Source: an uncultured delta proteobacterium
GTDB taxonomy: Bacteria; Desulfobacterota; Binatia; UBA9968
Reading direction: 5' to 3'
NCBI GenBank assembly: GCA_963816145.1
Contig: CAWFJP010000031.1
Span: 320,001-384,000 of the forward strand
Length of the DNA: 64,000 bases
Shown here piece by piece: positions 18,985 through 29,911 of the stretch; the first letter of the stretch is position 1, and the number at the start of each line of letters is the position of its first letter. The position numbers were made by a program, and so were the translations under genes. Below the pieces are notes generated by a model. That model worked only from the letters and a program-made list of their open reading frames with translations, was not told where the DNA came from and did not search any database.

Positions 18985-19838
18985 CGGCTCAATACCTTCA
19001 AGTGAAAAAATCATTGGGTCGACGGGGCCGCAGCATGTGGACAGGCTGCAACCTCGAATAACGGTGGACCAACATTTGAAGTTATATAAAATCGTCCTCG
19101 CAACGTTGCTATTTTTTAGTTTGATACTGCACGCGCGGATGCTCTGGTTCCAATGGTCCCATGTCTCGTCTGGTTCAGGAGATTTTATTGCTTATTATAC
19201 CGCGGGAAAGATCCTGAACTCAGGCAACACTCGCGATCTGTCCAGTTTCGAGATCCAAGAAAAAATTCAACAGCAATTGGCCTTGCCTGGCCAAAAGATA
19301 TTTGTCCCATTCTATCATGCTCCATATCAAGCGCTTCTGGTCGCGCCGATAGCGCGATTACCCTATCCTACGGCACGTTTGGTGTGGGCCGCGCTGAATC
19401 TAGCGTTATTGTTCATAGTTTTTGTCCTTTTGGTAAATATCCTGGGCTCTACGCACAAGTTACTTGACGGACTTATCCTAACGGCCACCTATCCAACCTG
19501 GATTAATTCAATACAGGGACATGATGCGATAATGTCTACATTAATCCTGGTAGCAGTGTTTGACTGCCTAAAAAATCATAGAGAAGGCCTCGCCGGGTGC
19601 ATGCTCGCGCTAGGTTTGTACAAGCCGCAACTTGTTTTGCCACTCGGTGCCATGGTGTTGTACAGCCGACAGTGGGGAATCGCACGCACTTTCGTAATTG
19701 CCGGTTTCTTCCTTGCGTGTGTTTCAGTTTTAATGTTGAGTTGGCAAGGAGCGATTGACCTTTTCCGCATTGTGATTTCCGGTGAGATCCGCGGCACTTT
19801 GACACAAGCCAGCCATATGCCAAACATAAAGGGGCTAG

Positions 19839-21420
19839 GAGTTTGCGCTGCAGAAACGATCGTTTTTAGCAGGCCGGATGTGATGGCAGCAACAGCAGAG
19901 CAAGATTTTACCTCTCGGTTAACCGCTTGGTGCAGCGCGAACCACAACCAACTCAAAAATGGCGTCGCGCATGCCTATGACACCTCAGCAAGCCGTGGAT
20001 ATTTAGAATTGGAGCGCCCACATGCGGCGCAGGTTGAGCGCCAGACACACCAAGCCCCACTCGCCCGCGACTTTGTCGATCCCTCGTAAACTGAATTGAC
20101 GAAACCCCATCGCATGCTTGATCCAACCAAATACCGGCTCCACGATCGCTTTGCGCCGCCGATAGTGCGCTTGACCTTCTTTGCTGGCCAGCCGCTCGGC
20201 CATGCGCACCGTAGCGGGATACAGCTTGGGATCAATCGCCGCTTGATCTTTTCCCTCCCGCCCCAACGCCACCAACACTTCCATCCCCTCATAATTTTGC
20301 GTTGCCAGTTTCGCAAAGCCATCTTCGGAGCGAAAACCCGCATCGCCCAACACTCGTTTGGGCAGAAGGCCGAGATTCTCCTTAACCGCTTCCACCATCG
20401 GCACCAATTGCTCGTTGTCCGCCGCGTTGTTGCCCAGCCCAATCGCCACGATCAGCTGACTGTCACCATCGACCACCGCCTGCGCGTTGTAGCACTGTTC
20501 AAAACTCCCGCCCATCTTCATGATGCGCGACTGGGGATCGGTGAAGTTATCCTGCGCTTTGTCCTGGGGTACCCCGAAGGGCCGCTTGAACGGCCGCCCG
20601 GCTCCATCCCCTCGGCGCTGCTCATCATCGGGATGGCGCCCCCGCTCCCGATCGGCTTGAGCTTGGCGCTCTTCCAAGCGTTGCTTGGCCGCTTCAATCT
20701 TGGCCAAACGATCTTGCCGTCTTTTGAGCTCCTGGGGCAGCGGCTCTTCGCTCTGATCCGCTCCCCATTGTGCGTCCTCTTGAACGTCGGTCTGTTGCGC
20801 TCGCTCCAACAGCGCTTCGATCTCCGCTTTAAGCTTTTGTTCTTGTTCCTTCATCCGCCCGTAGCTCATCGCTTTGTGCTTGCTCGCCTGCGCTTTGACT
20901 TTGGTCCCATCCAACGCCACCGTCCCAAGCTTGACCAATCCCATCTCTTTGGCCAGCCGCGCCACCGCGACAAACAACTCTTTAAGCTCTGGCAAATGCC
21001 TCATCCGAAATTCACAGATCGTTCGGTGCGATGGAAAATTGCCTGCTCCCAAGACCCGAAACCCTACGTCCTCGTAAAGCTTTCGCGCCAGCTGGCGCGA
21101 AGAGAAGACTCGGGTGGCATACCCGTACACCAACACCTTGACCAACAGCGCTGGATCGTACGGCTGGTTTCGCCGCCCGTCTCCTTCGTAGCGGGCATAA
21201 AACTTCCCCAACTCCAACCGATCGATGATCTCGCTGACGAAATACACCAGATGATCTTCGGCCAACCACTCCGACGGCGAGGGCGGTAGCAAAAATGTCT
21301 GATTCGGCTCGTAGGGAAGAAAAGATGTCGACATCTCCACCTCACACTCAGCGCAACATTTCTTTTCCTTATACGCCCTTGCGAATCAGAGACAAGAATA
21401 TTTTTCTGCGGCGCAAACTC
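19839..21420 (-). mobile_element. Complete IS1182-family insertion sequence
   Basis: 18-bp terminal IRs GAGTTTGCGCTGCAGAAA / TTTCTGCGGCGCAAACTC; CTAG direct repeats at 19835-19838 and 21421-21424. Confidence 0.93.
20003..21340 (-). CDS. IS1182 family DDE transposase
   Basis: LDGTKVKA, TDPQSRIM, YNAQ, DAGF, RKAIVEPVFG. Confidence 0.95.
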   Translation of the reverse strand: MEMSTSFLPYEPNQTFLLPPSPSEWLAEDHLVYFVSEIIDRLELGKFYARYEGDGRRNQPYDPALLVKVLVYGYATRVFSSRQLARKLYEDVGFRVLGAGNFPSHRTICEFRMRHLPELKELFVAVARLAKEMGLVKLGTVALDGTKVKAQASKHKAMSYGRMKEQEQKLKAEIEALLERAQQTDVQEDAQWGADQSEEPLPQELKRRQDRLAKIEAAKQRLEERQAQADRERGRHPDDEQRRGDGAGRPFKRPFGVPQDKAQDNFTDPQSRIMKMGGSFEQCYNAQAVVDGDSQLIVAIGLGNNAADNEQLVPMVEAVKENLGLLPKRVLGDAGFRSEDGFAKLATQNYEGMEVLVALGREGKDQAAIDPKLYPATVRMAERLASKEGQAHYRRRKAIVEPVFGWIKHAMGFRQFSLRGIDKVAGEWGLVCLALNLRRMWALQF

Positions 21421-21866
21421 CTAGCAAACGTTATTACCGCGATGATTTCGGTGGTTCTTTTGTGCGGCTGTGCTCGTCTGTGCAAAGACGGTTTCGGTCC
21501 CGCCGATCCCACACTTGAACTTAAATATTCCTTCGCTTTGGTGACCACGCTGCTAATCAATTTTCATTCCCATGCTTACGAGTTCATCGTCCTGTTGGCT
21601 GCTCTAATCATCCTGTTTGACTATGTTTTAAAGGTGAAACCCAAGCTGCGCTACTTTCGCCAAAGCATTCTAGTTGTCTTATTCATAATCTGCATACCGA
21701 TAATTCCTAACGTCCTCCAGAGCTACGAACTGATCAGTATCTACGTGTTACCCGTGCTGGCTTTGTATTGTTTCATTGGATTGGAAATCCGTAAGTGGCA
21801 GTGGTGCCAAGCGGGTTGACGGTTCCCAAGGACCCAAAAACTCAATTGGCACGAGTAATTTGGCAA

Positions 21867-22601
21867 ATGCGCCACGTAAGTCCAAGGAAGAATCCTACAC
21901 GTAAGCCGAGTGAAAATTGGTTTGAGAGTGCCGACGGGGTGAATCTCTTCTATCGCCATTGGCCGGCTCGGACGGATGGGGGTGAGCGGGCGATAATCTT
22001 GTTTCACCGCGGCCACGAGCAATCGGGGCGTTTACAGCACCTCGTCGACCAGCTGGGTTTCGAAGATTTCGCCGTTTTTGCCTGGGATGCCCGCGGCCGT
22101 GGCCGCTCGCCCGGCGCCCGCGGCTACGCCGAGAGTTTCGGCCAATTGGAAAAGGACGTGGACTGTTTCGTTAAACAGGTCTGTCTCTATTATCGGATTC
22201 CGGCGGAGATCCTGACGATCCTGGCGCAGAGTGTCGGCAGTGTGATCGTTGCCGCTGGCGTGCGTGATTAAGCGCCGAAGATCCGTTGCATGGTGCTGGT
22301 GTCGCCGGCGTTCAAAGTGAAACTTTACGTGCCGCCGGCGCGCCTGGGCTTACGGGTGTTGTTGCTGCTGAAAAATCACGCCTTTGTGAAAACCTATGTC
22401 AAGGTGAAGTTGCTAACCCGTGACCCGGCGCAGGTCGCCTCCTATGAAAACGATCCGCTTTTTTTCCGACGCATCGCCGTCAACGTTCTGTTGGACCTGG
22501 ACGATGCCGGCAGCCGTCTGATCGCCGATGCCGCGGCGATTCACACGCAAACCCAGTTGTTGATCTCCGGCGCCGACTGGGTGGTGCATCGCCGGCCGTG
22601 A
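21867..22601 (+). pseudogene. YnbC-like alpha/beta hydrolase, with in-frame stop (22269-22271) and C-terminal truncation
   Basis: LFYRHW, FHRGHE.SGR, AWDARG.G.SPG.RG, AQSVG, SPAFKVKLYVP. Confidence 0.75.
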
Positions 22602-23143
22602 GTCATCGTGAAATCGATGGTGACTCCTCGTGGCTGGCGGCGTCGTTGTGGATGCTGTGTCTCGGCTGGCTATTTTTTCTCGTCTACGGCTTGTGTAACT
22701 TGTTCGCCTCGCGGCTCGCCGATGTGCCGTCCTACTATTATGCTTGGGAGCGGCAGATTCCGTTTGATTCAGCGTTGATCGTGCCGTATTTCACCATCGA
22801 TCTCTTCTACGCCGGCTCGGTGTTTCTTTGCCGTGACCGGCGTGAACTCAATACCCATGCCACTCGCACCGTCACCGCGATTGTGATTTCCGCCGCGGGG
22901 TTTCTTCTCTTTCCTCTGAAGTTTGTTTTCGAGCGTCCGGCGGTGGCCGGGGTTCACGGGTTTTTCTTCGCGCTCTTGGAGGGAATCGATAAGCCGTCTA
23001 ACCGAGTGCCGTTGCTGCGTGTCAGTTGGTTGATGATTGTGAGGATACGCTACGCCGACCGTCCCGCCGGGCTGTGGCGGCGAGCGCTGCATGTCTGGTT
23101 TGCGCTGATCAAGCCGGTTTGTCGCGCTGCGCAAATCGCATAA
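22598..23143 (+). pseudogene. YnbD-like PAP2 membrane domain fragment
   Basis: WERQIPF..IVPY..IDLFY, FLLFPLKF.FERP, DKP.N; degenerate PSLH; phosphatase domain absent. Confidence 0.65.
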
Positions 23144-23720
23144 TTAGAAACATCAAAACCAAGCCAGCGCCGAATGCGCCCACGCCGATGTACCAAAGCA
23201 TTTCTTTGTACTCGTCCAACAGGGGATTGTTGAAGACGTTGGTCGATAGATGCAGCGATAGCAATTTCCATTGGCCGTCGACCCTGGCCATGATGCCCGA
23301 CCAGTTGGAGTTGAACTTGAAGACGCCGCGCTTCCACGGAAAAAATTCATCGGCAGTGGTGCCGTCGGCGACGGCGATATCGCCGTAAAATTTCGCCGGT
23401 GCGCCGAGCCTGGCCTTGGTGAGATACTTTTTGAGAATCGCGCCCTCGCCGCCGACCATGCGTTGGTAGTAGGCTTTAATGTCGGCCTTGCCGCGGGACA
23501 CTTCGGCGTTGAGCCAGGTCACGGTGGCATTATCGTCCATCTGTGCCAGCATGCGGTCGATGTTCTGGTCATTGATCCCGTTCTCGACTTCGGTCATTAG
23601 ATGCAGCAACTGCTTGCGGTCTTCGGCGTACGGGTCGGCATCCGCGGCGAAAGCGCTTCGTTCCGCTATTGCTGCGATTGCCGCCAAAAAGAACAACGTC
23701 CGGCACATCGGAACTTTCAT
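23109..23720 (-). CDS. Exported NTF2/SnoaL-like protein with C-terminal TM anchor
   Basis: Signal peptide; DGQWKLLSLHLS; GGAGG RBS. Confidence 0.75.
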   Translation of the reverse strand: MKVPMCRTLFFLAAIAAIAERSAFAADADPYAEDRKQLLHLMTEVENGINDQNIDRMLAQMDDNATVTWLNAEVSRGKADIKAYYQRMVGGEGAILKKYLTKARLGAPAKFYGDIAVADGTTADEFFPWKRGVFKFNSNWSGIMARVDGQWKLLSLHLSTNVFNNPLLDEYKEMLWYIGVGAFGAGLVLMFLIMRFAQRDKPA

Positions 23721-23941
23721 CGATCCTCCACTGAAATAATTCATCTCGCATTACATTCAAAGAATCGTTACGGTTCAGGCCTTGGTTACTCAAGCGGTGG
23801 CGACAATTCAACTCATATCACAAAGCTCAAAGGCTTCTCCCAGTTTCTTCCGCAGCGCGAAGTCAACGGCGATCTCGGCGCTCACCGTCATTCTTCTCCG
23901 GCCGCCAAAGTTCGGCTAAAGTAAACTCTGGACGGGTTTGC

Positions 23942-24523
23942 ATGAGGGAATTCCTAGTCATCGGCGCCCTGCTTATTGGCGCATATTTCTGGAGCGGTCG
24001 CGAGATTAGCCGGCCCGCCGGGGTGCTCGTGGCGGAGGAGCCCGTTCAGCGGCAGGTTTACACCTCGTTGTTTCACGAGAAGCATGGCTACCAGATCACG
24101 TTCCTGGCCAGCTTCGATATCCGAGCGCGAGTGATCGCTGCCAAAAGATATCGGTTCGATCGCGGCGCGGCGCTATCGCCGGTGGATCTTGCTTTGGGTT
24201 GGGGAGCGATGTCGGACAGCGCGGTCTTGAAGCAGATCAGCATCTCCCAAGGCGGGCGCTTTTATAGCTGGTGGGCCAAGAGTTACCCGGTGCCGAAAGA
24301 TATCATCGAGACTCACAGCGCCAACATGCACATGATTCCCGCCAACGGTGACATAGAGCGCACCCTGAAATCGGTCCGTGCCGGCAATTTGGTTCATATT
24401 AAAGGATACCTGGCTGAGGCCAGCAACAAGGACGGCTTCCGCTGGAAAAGCTCGCTGACGCGCAGCGACACCGGTGCGGGCTCTTGCGAGTTGATCTGGG
24501 TCGAGTCGCTGGAGACTTGGTGA
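23942..24523 (+). CDS. Conserved hypothetical exported protein
   Basis: LSPVDLALGWG, HSANMHMIP, SSLTRSDTGAGSCE. Confidence 0.8.
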   Translation: MREFLVIGALLIGAYFWSGREISRPAGVLVAEEPVQRQVYTSLFHEKHGYQITFLASFDIRARVIAAKRYRFDRGAALSPVDLALGWGAMSDSAVLKQISISQGGRFYSWWAKSYPVPKDIIETHSANMHMIPANGDIERTLKSVRAGNLVHIKGYLAEASNKDGFRWKSSLTRSDTGAGSCELIWVESLETW

Positions 24524-24605
24524 GGGTCACCGGTGGCAGAACTTCTAGACATTGCACTGCGCTTGGAGTAAACCGCGCTTAACCATTTCGCGCGTGGGAG
24601 CCAAC

Positions 24606-25610
24606 ATGCGAGCAATCACTCAGTGGATGTCAGGTGTCGTTCTAATCATCGGTTTACTGATGCCGCCGACTGGGACTTTTGCCGCGGAGTCGGCGCTTAA
24701 AGTCGTCAACGTCTCGGTGCCGTCGGTGTCGCTGTTGCAGTCGCCGCTGTTTGTCGCCATCGACAGCGGCGCCTTCAAGAAATACGGCATGGAGGTCCGC
24801 TACATTGTTGCGGGCGCGCGCAGCATTCAAACGTTGATTAGCGGATCGGTGAATTTCTCCCAGGGGGTCTCCAGTCGCACCGTTCCCTCTGCGGTGCTGG
24901 CCGGATTCGGTGCGGTATTGATCGCCAATTTCAGCGACAAGTTTCTGTTCACCCTGCACAGCGCACCGGAAATCAATTCGCTGCAGGATTTGAAAGGCAA
25001 AATCATCGGAGTGTCCGGTCTCGGCGGCAGCACGGACTTCGCCACCCGCGTGGCGCTGCGTGAAGCCGGGTTGATTCCCGACAAAGATGTCATGATCCGC
25101 GGCGTCGGCGGTGTGCCCGAGACTGTGGCTGCGCTGCGCGCTAAATTAGTCCAGGCCGGCACACTGTCGCCGCCGTCGTCGTTCGTGGCGCAGAAGGCGG
25201 GTTTCAAGATGCTCTTCGACATGACCAGCTTGGGTGTTGACTACATATCCTCCGGTCTCGGCGTCAAAAAGACCTGGCTCGCCGCCAATCGGTTGGAGGC
25301 GAAGCAGTTCGTCATGGCGATGATCGAAGGAGCGAAAATCCTCACCACCGATGAAGAGTTTGCCATGCGGGTGTTGGCCAAGCACACGCGGATTTCCGAC
25401 CGCGAGGTTTTGAAGCAGAGTTACAACTATATGAAACCGTATTTTCTCAAGGCGCCCTATCCCTCGACGCGGGCGATCAAAGATACCCTGGATGCTCTGG
25501 CCAAGGATCTGCCCAAGGCCAAGGATGCCGACCCGCGCGACTTCGTCGATCTATCGATCGTCAAGGAAATCGAAGCGAGCGGTTTCATCAATAGCATGTA
25601 TGGCAAGTGA
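24606..25610 (+). CDS. ABC substrate-binding protein, NMT1/SsuA-like
   Basis: Signal peptide; G.FKKYG.EV, DLKGK.IGV, D.SIVKE.EASGF. Confidence 0.88.
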   Translation: MRAITQWMSGVVLIIGLLMPPTGTFAAESALKVVNVSVPSVSLLQSPLFVAIDSGAFKKYGMEVRYIVAGARSIQTLISGSVNFSQGVSSRTVPSAVLAGFGAVLIANFSDKFLFTLHSAPEINSLQDLKGKIIGVSGLGGSTDFATRVALREAGLIPDKDVMIRGVGGVPETVAALRAKLVQAGTLSPPSSFVAQKAGFKMLFDMTSLGVDYISSGLGVKKTWLAANRLEAKQFVMAMIEGAKILTTDEEFAMRVLAKHTRISDREVLKQSYNYMKPYFLKAPYPSTRAIKDTLDALAKDLPKAKDADPRDFVDLSIVKEIEASGFINSMYGK

Positions 25611-25611
25611 C

Positions 25612-26762
25612 ATGATGCCCCGGTTCATTTCGGCCGACGATCACATCGATCTCCGCTGGCTGCCCAAGGATCTGTGGAGTGAACGATTGCCGGCGCGCCT
25701 GCGCGATCGCGGGCCGCGGGTGATTGAAAATGACAACGGCGCTTATTGGAGTTGGGAAGGTCGGACTTTTAGTCCCCATGGTTACTACACTGCGGCGCAA
25801 GGAAGCGGCGCTATGTGGGCGATCGAGCGCGGCGGTGTCATGCGTCCCGGCGAACTGCGTCCGACCACGGCGGAACTGCGCTTGAGTGATATGGACCGCG
25901 ACGGCGCCGAGGTCTCGATCATGTACGGCCCCACCGATCCGATGGCGATCGCCGACCCGGAACTGCGCCGGTTGTGCTCCAAGCCTACAACGATTGGTTG
26001 AGCGAGTTCTGCGCGGCGCGGCCGGCGCGGTTGATCGGCGTGCCGCAGTTGTCGATGGAAGATCCGTTGGCGGCGCGCGACGAGCTGGCGCGTCTGGCCA
26101 AACGCGGCGGCCTGCCCCATGTCAACATTCTTGCGTCGCGCGCCCAGCCGCCGGTGTACGATGACGCTTGGGAGCCATTCTGGGCGCTGGCCGAAGAGAT
26201 CGGCATTCCCATCGGCTTTCATCTGGCGGTGGTGGTCAAGAAAACCCGGCTCGATGAAGCCCAACGCAGCGCGGCGAATTTGGTTGTCACGATTGCGTCA
26301 CAATACGCTCAAGAGCCGCCCGGCATCCAATTGCTCGAATCGATGACCGGAGTGATTTTTAACGGCGTCCTCGACCGCCACCCGAAGGTGAAAATCGTCA
26401 TGGCCGAAGCCGGGCTCGCCTGGGTGCCGAGCATGATCCAGGGTCTCGATATCTGGTACCAACGCAGCCGCGACGGCCGCCGGTTAACAGGCGAAAAGCC
26501 GCCTGCACTGCCGAAAAAATTGCCGAGTGAATATTTTCACCGGCAGATATGGATCAGCTTTGTCGACGATCCGCTGGGCGTGAAAATGGTCGGCAACGTG
26601 CTCGACGCCGACAAGGTGATGTTCGGTTCCGACTATCCCCATCCGGCCAGCACCTGGCCCAACTCGCAAGCGGCGATCGCCGCGCAGATTGAATGTTTGC
26701 CCGCCGCGACCGTGCAAAAAATTACCCGCGACAACGCGCGGTCGTTGTTTGGAATTCCTTGA
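25612..26762 (+). CDS. Amidohydrolase family protein (1-nt frameshift near 25979)
   Basis: ISADDH, DMDRDG, AYNDWL, FGSDYPH across two overlapping ORFs. Confidence 0.85.
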
Positions 26763-27008
26763 ACAGCGCGCCCGCTGTCTCGACGCGAGAATTCGTCAGT
26801 CTGGTTATTTTGAATCGCGCCCGAAAAAGTCGACGATAGAGCAATTGAAGACTTGGATCCATAAATTGCCGGAATCACATGCCGCAATTGTCGCAATCGC
26901 TAGGTCAAGTGCCGTGAAGTTCGGCGCGACTTTCCGTTGCTGCCTGCTGTTCTGGAATCGGAGTGGGTGCCGGCGGATCATTCATTCTATTTCTCATTTA
27001 TCCAGCCG

Positions 27009-28181
27009 TCAGCCCGCTCGCGCTGCCGCGAATGAATAGGCGTCGTAGCCGTCTTCGTGAATCAACTTAATGACTTCGTCCTTGGCCGGATCGAAGTTGA
27101 CGCCGATGGGGTCGGCGCCGTTTTGCACGGCCTGGATCTGTTCCCGCAATAATTTGCGATACATGACGACGCCGCGGTCGCCTTCGGCGAGATGTTCCTT
27201 GGAGCGGTCAGCCAGGGGGCCTTGGGTCTCCCAGGCCATGTGGTCCTGGCTGGTGAAATTGTCCATGTGGAATTCACCAGCTTGGTCGGTAGTTCCGATA
27301 TACTCTATCGGGGTGTTTTCCGGCTGCGCGACCGCACTGCCATCTTTGCTTGGGCTGAAGCGGAATTGGTAGACCTGTGTATTGGTGTCATCGATGGGTC
27401 TGCGGAAATGCATGGCGTAACCGATGCGTACGGGAACGAATAAAATATTGGGGAATATCAACGGATGCGGCGTTTCGACGGGGGCGTCGTCGCCTTCGAA
27501 GATGCGTTGCTTCTGGATGCCCGCCCATGTTGGATAATTGACGAATTCAAAGTCAAACTTATTGAGCATGCGATAGTGATAGGGCACATGATCGGGGTCG
27601 CCCTTGAGCTTGAGGGTGTGCGAGTGCAGGTAATAAGTGTGCGTTGGGTCGACCGAGTTTTCCATCGCTTGCAGCCAATTGCAGCGCAGCGTTTCGCAGA
27701 TGTCGACTTGCTTGTTACCGTCGTTGCGCACCAACAGATCCCACTTGGGTAGGAGCGGCTTCTTTTCTGGCGGCCCCATATAGGCGAACAGCAGCCCGGC
27801 GAGTTTTTCCACCGGGTAGGCCAGGTGTTGGATCTTGGCCTTAAAACCGGCTTCGGGATTTTCAAATGGCTGATCGACGCAGCGGCCGCAGGCGTCGTAC
27901 TTCCAACCATGGTAAGGACAGCGGATGCCGTCCTTTTCGACGAAGCCGTAGTAGAGTGACACGCCGCGATGGGAGCATTTCTCGGCGACCAGACCGTAAC
28001 CGCCGGAGCGGTCTTTGTACAACACTAGGTCTTCGCCGAGCACGCGTACGCGCTTCTTCGGTTTGGCATCGTCGAGTTCCGCAGCGGCGCCGATTACCTG
28101 CCAGTAGCGCCGCAAGAGTTGTCCAGCGGGAGTGCCGGGACCGATCCGGCAGAAAAAATCGTTGTCATCGGAAGTGAGCAT
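27009..28181 (-). CDS. Rieske non-heme iron oxygenase alpha subunit (phthalate dioxygenase/LigX-like)
   Basis: CSH...CPYHGW; ENSVDPTH..LH; QD..AWETQG. Confidence 0.92.
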   Translation of the reverse strand: MLTSDDNDFFCRIGPGTPAGQLLRRYWQVIGAAAELDDAKPKKRVRVLGEDLVLYKDRSGGYGLVAEKCSHRGVSLYYGFVEKDGIRCPYHGWKYDACGRCVDQPFENPEAGFKAKIQHLAYPVEKLAGLLFAYMGPPEKKPLLPKWDLLVRNDGNKQVDICETLRCNWLQAMENSVDPTHTYYLHSHTLKLKGDPDHVPYHYRMLNKFDFEFVNYPTWAGIQKQRIFEGDDAPVETPHPLIFPNILFVPVRIGYAMHFRRPIDDTNTQVYQFRFSPSKDGSAVAQPENTPIEYIGTTDQAGEFHMDNFTSQDHMAWETQGPLADRSKEHLAEGDRGVVMYRKLLREQIQAVQNGADPIGVNFDPAKDEVIKLIHEDGYDAYSFAAARAG

Positions 28182-28483
28182 GGCGGTAAACTCCTTATCG
28201 CGATTGAAGCTGTGCCAAGTCGAGCAGCAACAAGATTGTTTCTGACAGTATTAGAAATTTTGCCAAGGTGTCAACTTCGGGGAAGGCGGCGCAGGCAAAC
28301 GGCATTGGGCAATAGCCGAGCGACTCAGAGTCCTCCCCGCCGCATGATTTAGGTTCTGCAGATTGGGCAATGTCTACGTTTTGGGGCAGTGATTTGAATT
28401 CGGAGATTTGCTGCCGAGCCGGAACGGTGGCATCAGCCTTGGAGAAATCACCCGGCGACGGGAACGAGATCCGCGTGCGAGAT

Positions 28484-29593
28484 CTAGCGACGGTTCAGTG
28501 CAATGGTCGTTGCTGGTTTGTCGTTGCCGGTGACATAGGCGTCATGGAAGCCTTCCTTGGCTATCAATGCCGCGCGCAGATTCTCGGCATCCTGGCGCGT
28601 ATCAAAAGTGCCGATACGCAGGCGATGCCAGGTATTTCCATTGATTTCGGCGTCGATGACGAAGGCTTCGTAACCTTTGGCTTTGAGTTTTTGAAGCCAA
28701 TCGTGAGCCAGCGGTTTGTCTGTCGTCGCCATAGCCTGGACGGACCAAGCGTTAGCTGGGGCTTCGCGCTTCGCAGGATGCTCGCTTGCCAAAGTCTGAG
28801 GCTTTGGTGATGCGACGGCCGCAGCAGCGGTCGCTTGTGCTGCGGCGGTATGCGAACCTGTCGGCGAGCTTGTGGTCGCTTCGGTGTTGAGATTGACTGA
28901 GGCTGCCGGTGCGGCGGCGCTGGGCTCAGCGGCAATAACGGTATTATCTGTACTTTCTGTGGCGGTGGGGCTTTCCGCTTGGGCGAGTTGGATCTTTCCG
29001 CTGTCGATTTGCCGTCTCGGCTCGGCGATTGTCGTCGCGTTGCGCATGACGCTGTGGAACCTGTATTTGAGATGAGGCGCTAGCCCGATCAAACCGACGG
29101 CGACGAATATCATCCCGCACAAGGCCCCCGCGAGGCCGAGTCGCTCCGCGTTCAAATGTAATGGCGCTTTTGCTTTGGCCGGCTTGGCCGGGAGCGCCAC
29201 GACTTTATTGCGAGTGGGCTTCTTCTCGCTGGTCACTTCGGCTTTGAAGGCACGCGCTTCGGGAGTGCGCCAGGAGCGATATAGCATGGCGATGCCGATG
29301 GAAGTTTGCGGCGAGCTGATCGGGTTATATTCTTTGATTAGTTCCTGGGTTCTGTTCTCTCGCCGTTCCGGCGGGCAAATCTCGAATGTGAACCCGGTCG
29401 GTTCGAAGCGGCTGAAGCGAAATTTTGTGTGCCGCCGATGATGCAGCAGGGCATCGCGAACATTTGCCGCGTTGCCGATCACGATCTGGTGGCGAAAATT
29501 AAATAGCCCGTAGACGCCCGACACGGTCGGTGCATGCTGGACAATCGAATCTGGTTTGAAGCTGTAGTAGTCGCCGTTATTTCGCCAGGGCAT
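28484..29593 (-). CDS. Degenerate GIY-YIG-like domain - TM - SPOR domain protein (paralogue 1)
   Basis: AP.VSGVYGL..IVIG; TM LAGALCGMIFVAVGLIGL; SPOR WSVQ..LKAKGYEAF..WHRLRIG.F; GGAG RBS. Confidence 0.8.
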   Translation of the reverse strand: MPWRNNGDYYSFKPDSIVQHAPTVSGVYGLFNFRHQIVIGNAANVRDALLHHRRHTKFRFSRFEPTGFTFEICPPERRENRTQELIKEYNPISSPQTSIGIAMLYRSWRTPEARAFKAEVTSEKKPTRNKVVALPAKPAKAKAPLHLNAERLGLAGALCGMIFVAVGLIGLAPHLKYRFHSVMRNATTIAEPRRQIDSGKIQLAQAESPTATESTDNTVIAAEPSAAAPAASVNLNTEATTSSPTGSHTAAAQATAAAAVASPKPQTLASEHPAKREAPANAWSVQAMATTDKPLAHDWLQKLKAKGYEAFVIDAEINGNTWHRLRIGTFDTRQDAENLRAALIAKEGFHDAYVTGNDKPATTIALNRR

Positions 29594-29911
29594 GATAAAA
29601 CTCCGTTCTTGTACTCCGCGATCGGCAAAAAAGTTTTCTTCGCGCGGCGCCTGCTGCCATGCGCCGGGACGGATACATCCGAAGATCGCCACAAGATTAT
29701 TAGTATTCAGTGTAATAAAGCAGTTATTGCGATGGCACGCAAGAAAAACGGCTAATTTAGTACACTGCGCACGGCGCAAGTCGTCATAAATTTCTTCGGA
29801 ATGTTGCGTTGACGCACATTGACATACTCTTTTCGGCGGTGTTATGGCTGCATCGAGCTGTTTCGTCGCTGAAAATCGTTGTCGTGAGCGGCACGAAAGG
29901 AGTTAACTGAT

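Larger units (their letters stand above)
19064..21819 (+). pseudogene. Glycosyltransferase family 87 (GT-C), interrupted by IS1182
   Basis: DFIAYYTAG, PFYHAP, YKPQL; the frame rejoins (PNIKGL|ANVITA) when the IS and one CTAG are removed. Confidence 0.85.

Noticed and set aside
18929-20089. 386-aa ORF as a complete gene
   Set aside because: It is the GT87 5' half reading into the IS1182 end
20096-21289. Long antisense ORFs (also 29981-30892, 61929-63035 and similar)
   Set aside because: Shadow frames of real GC-rich genes with no motifs
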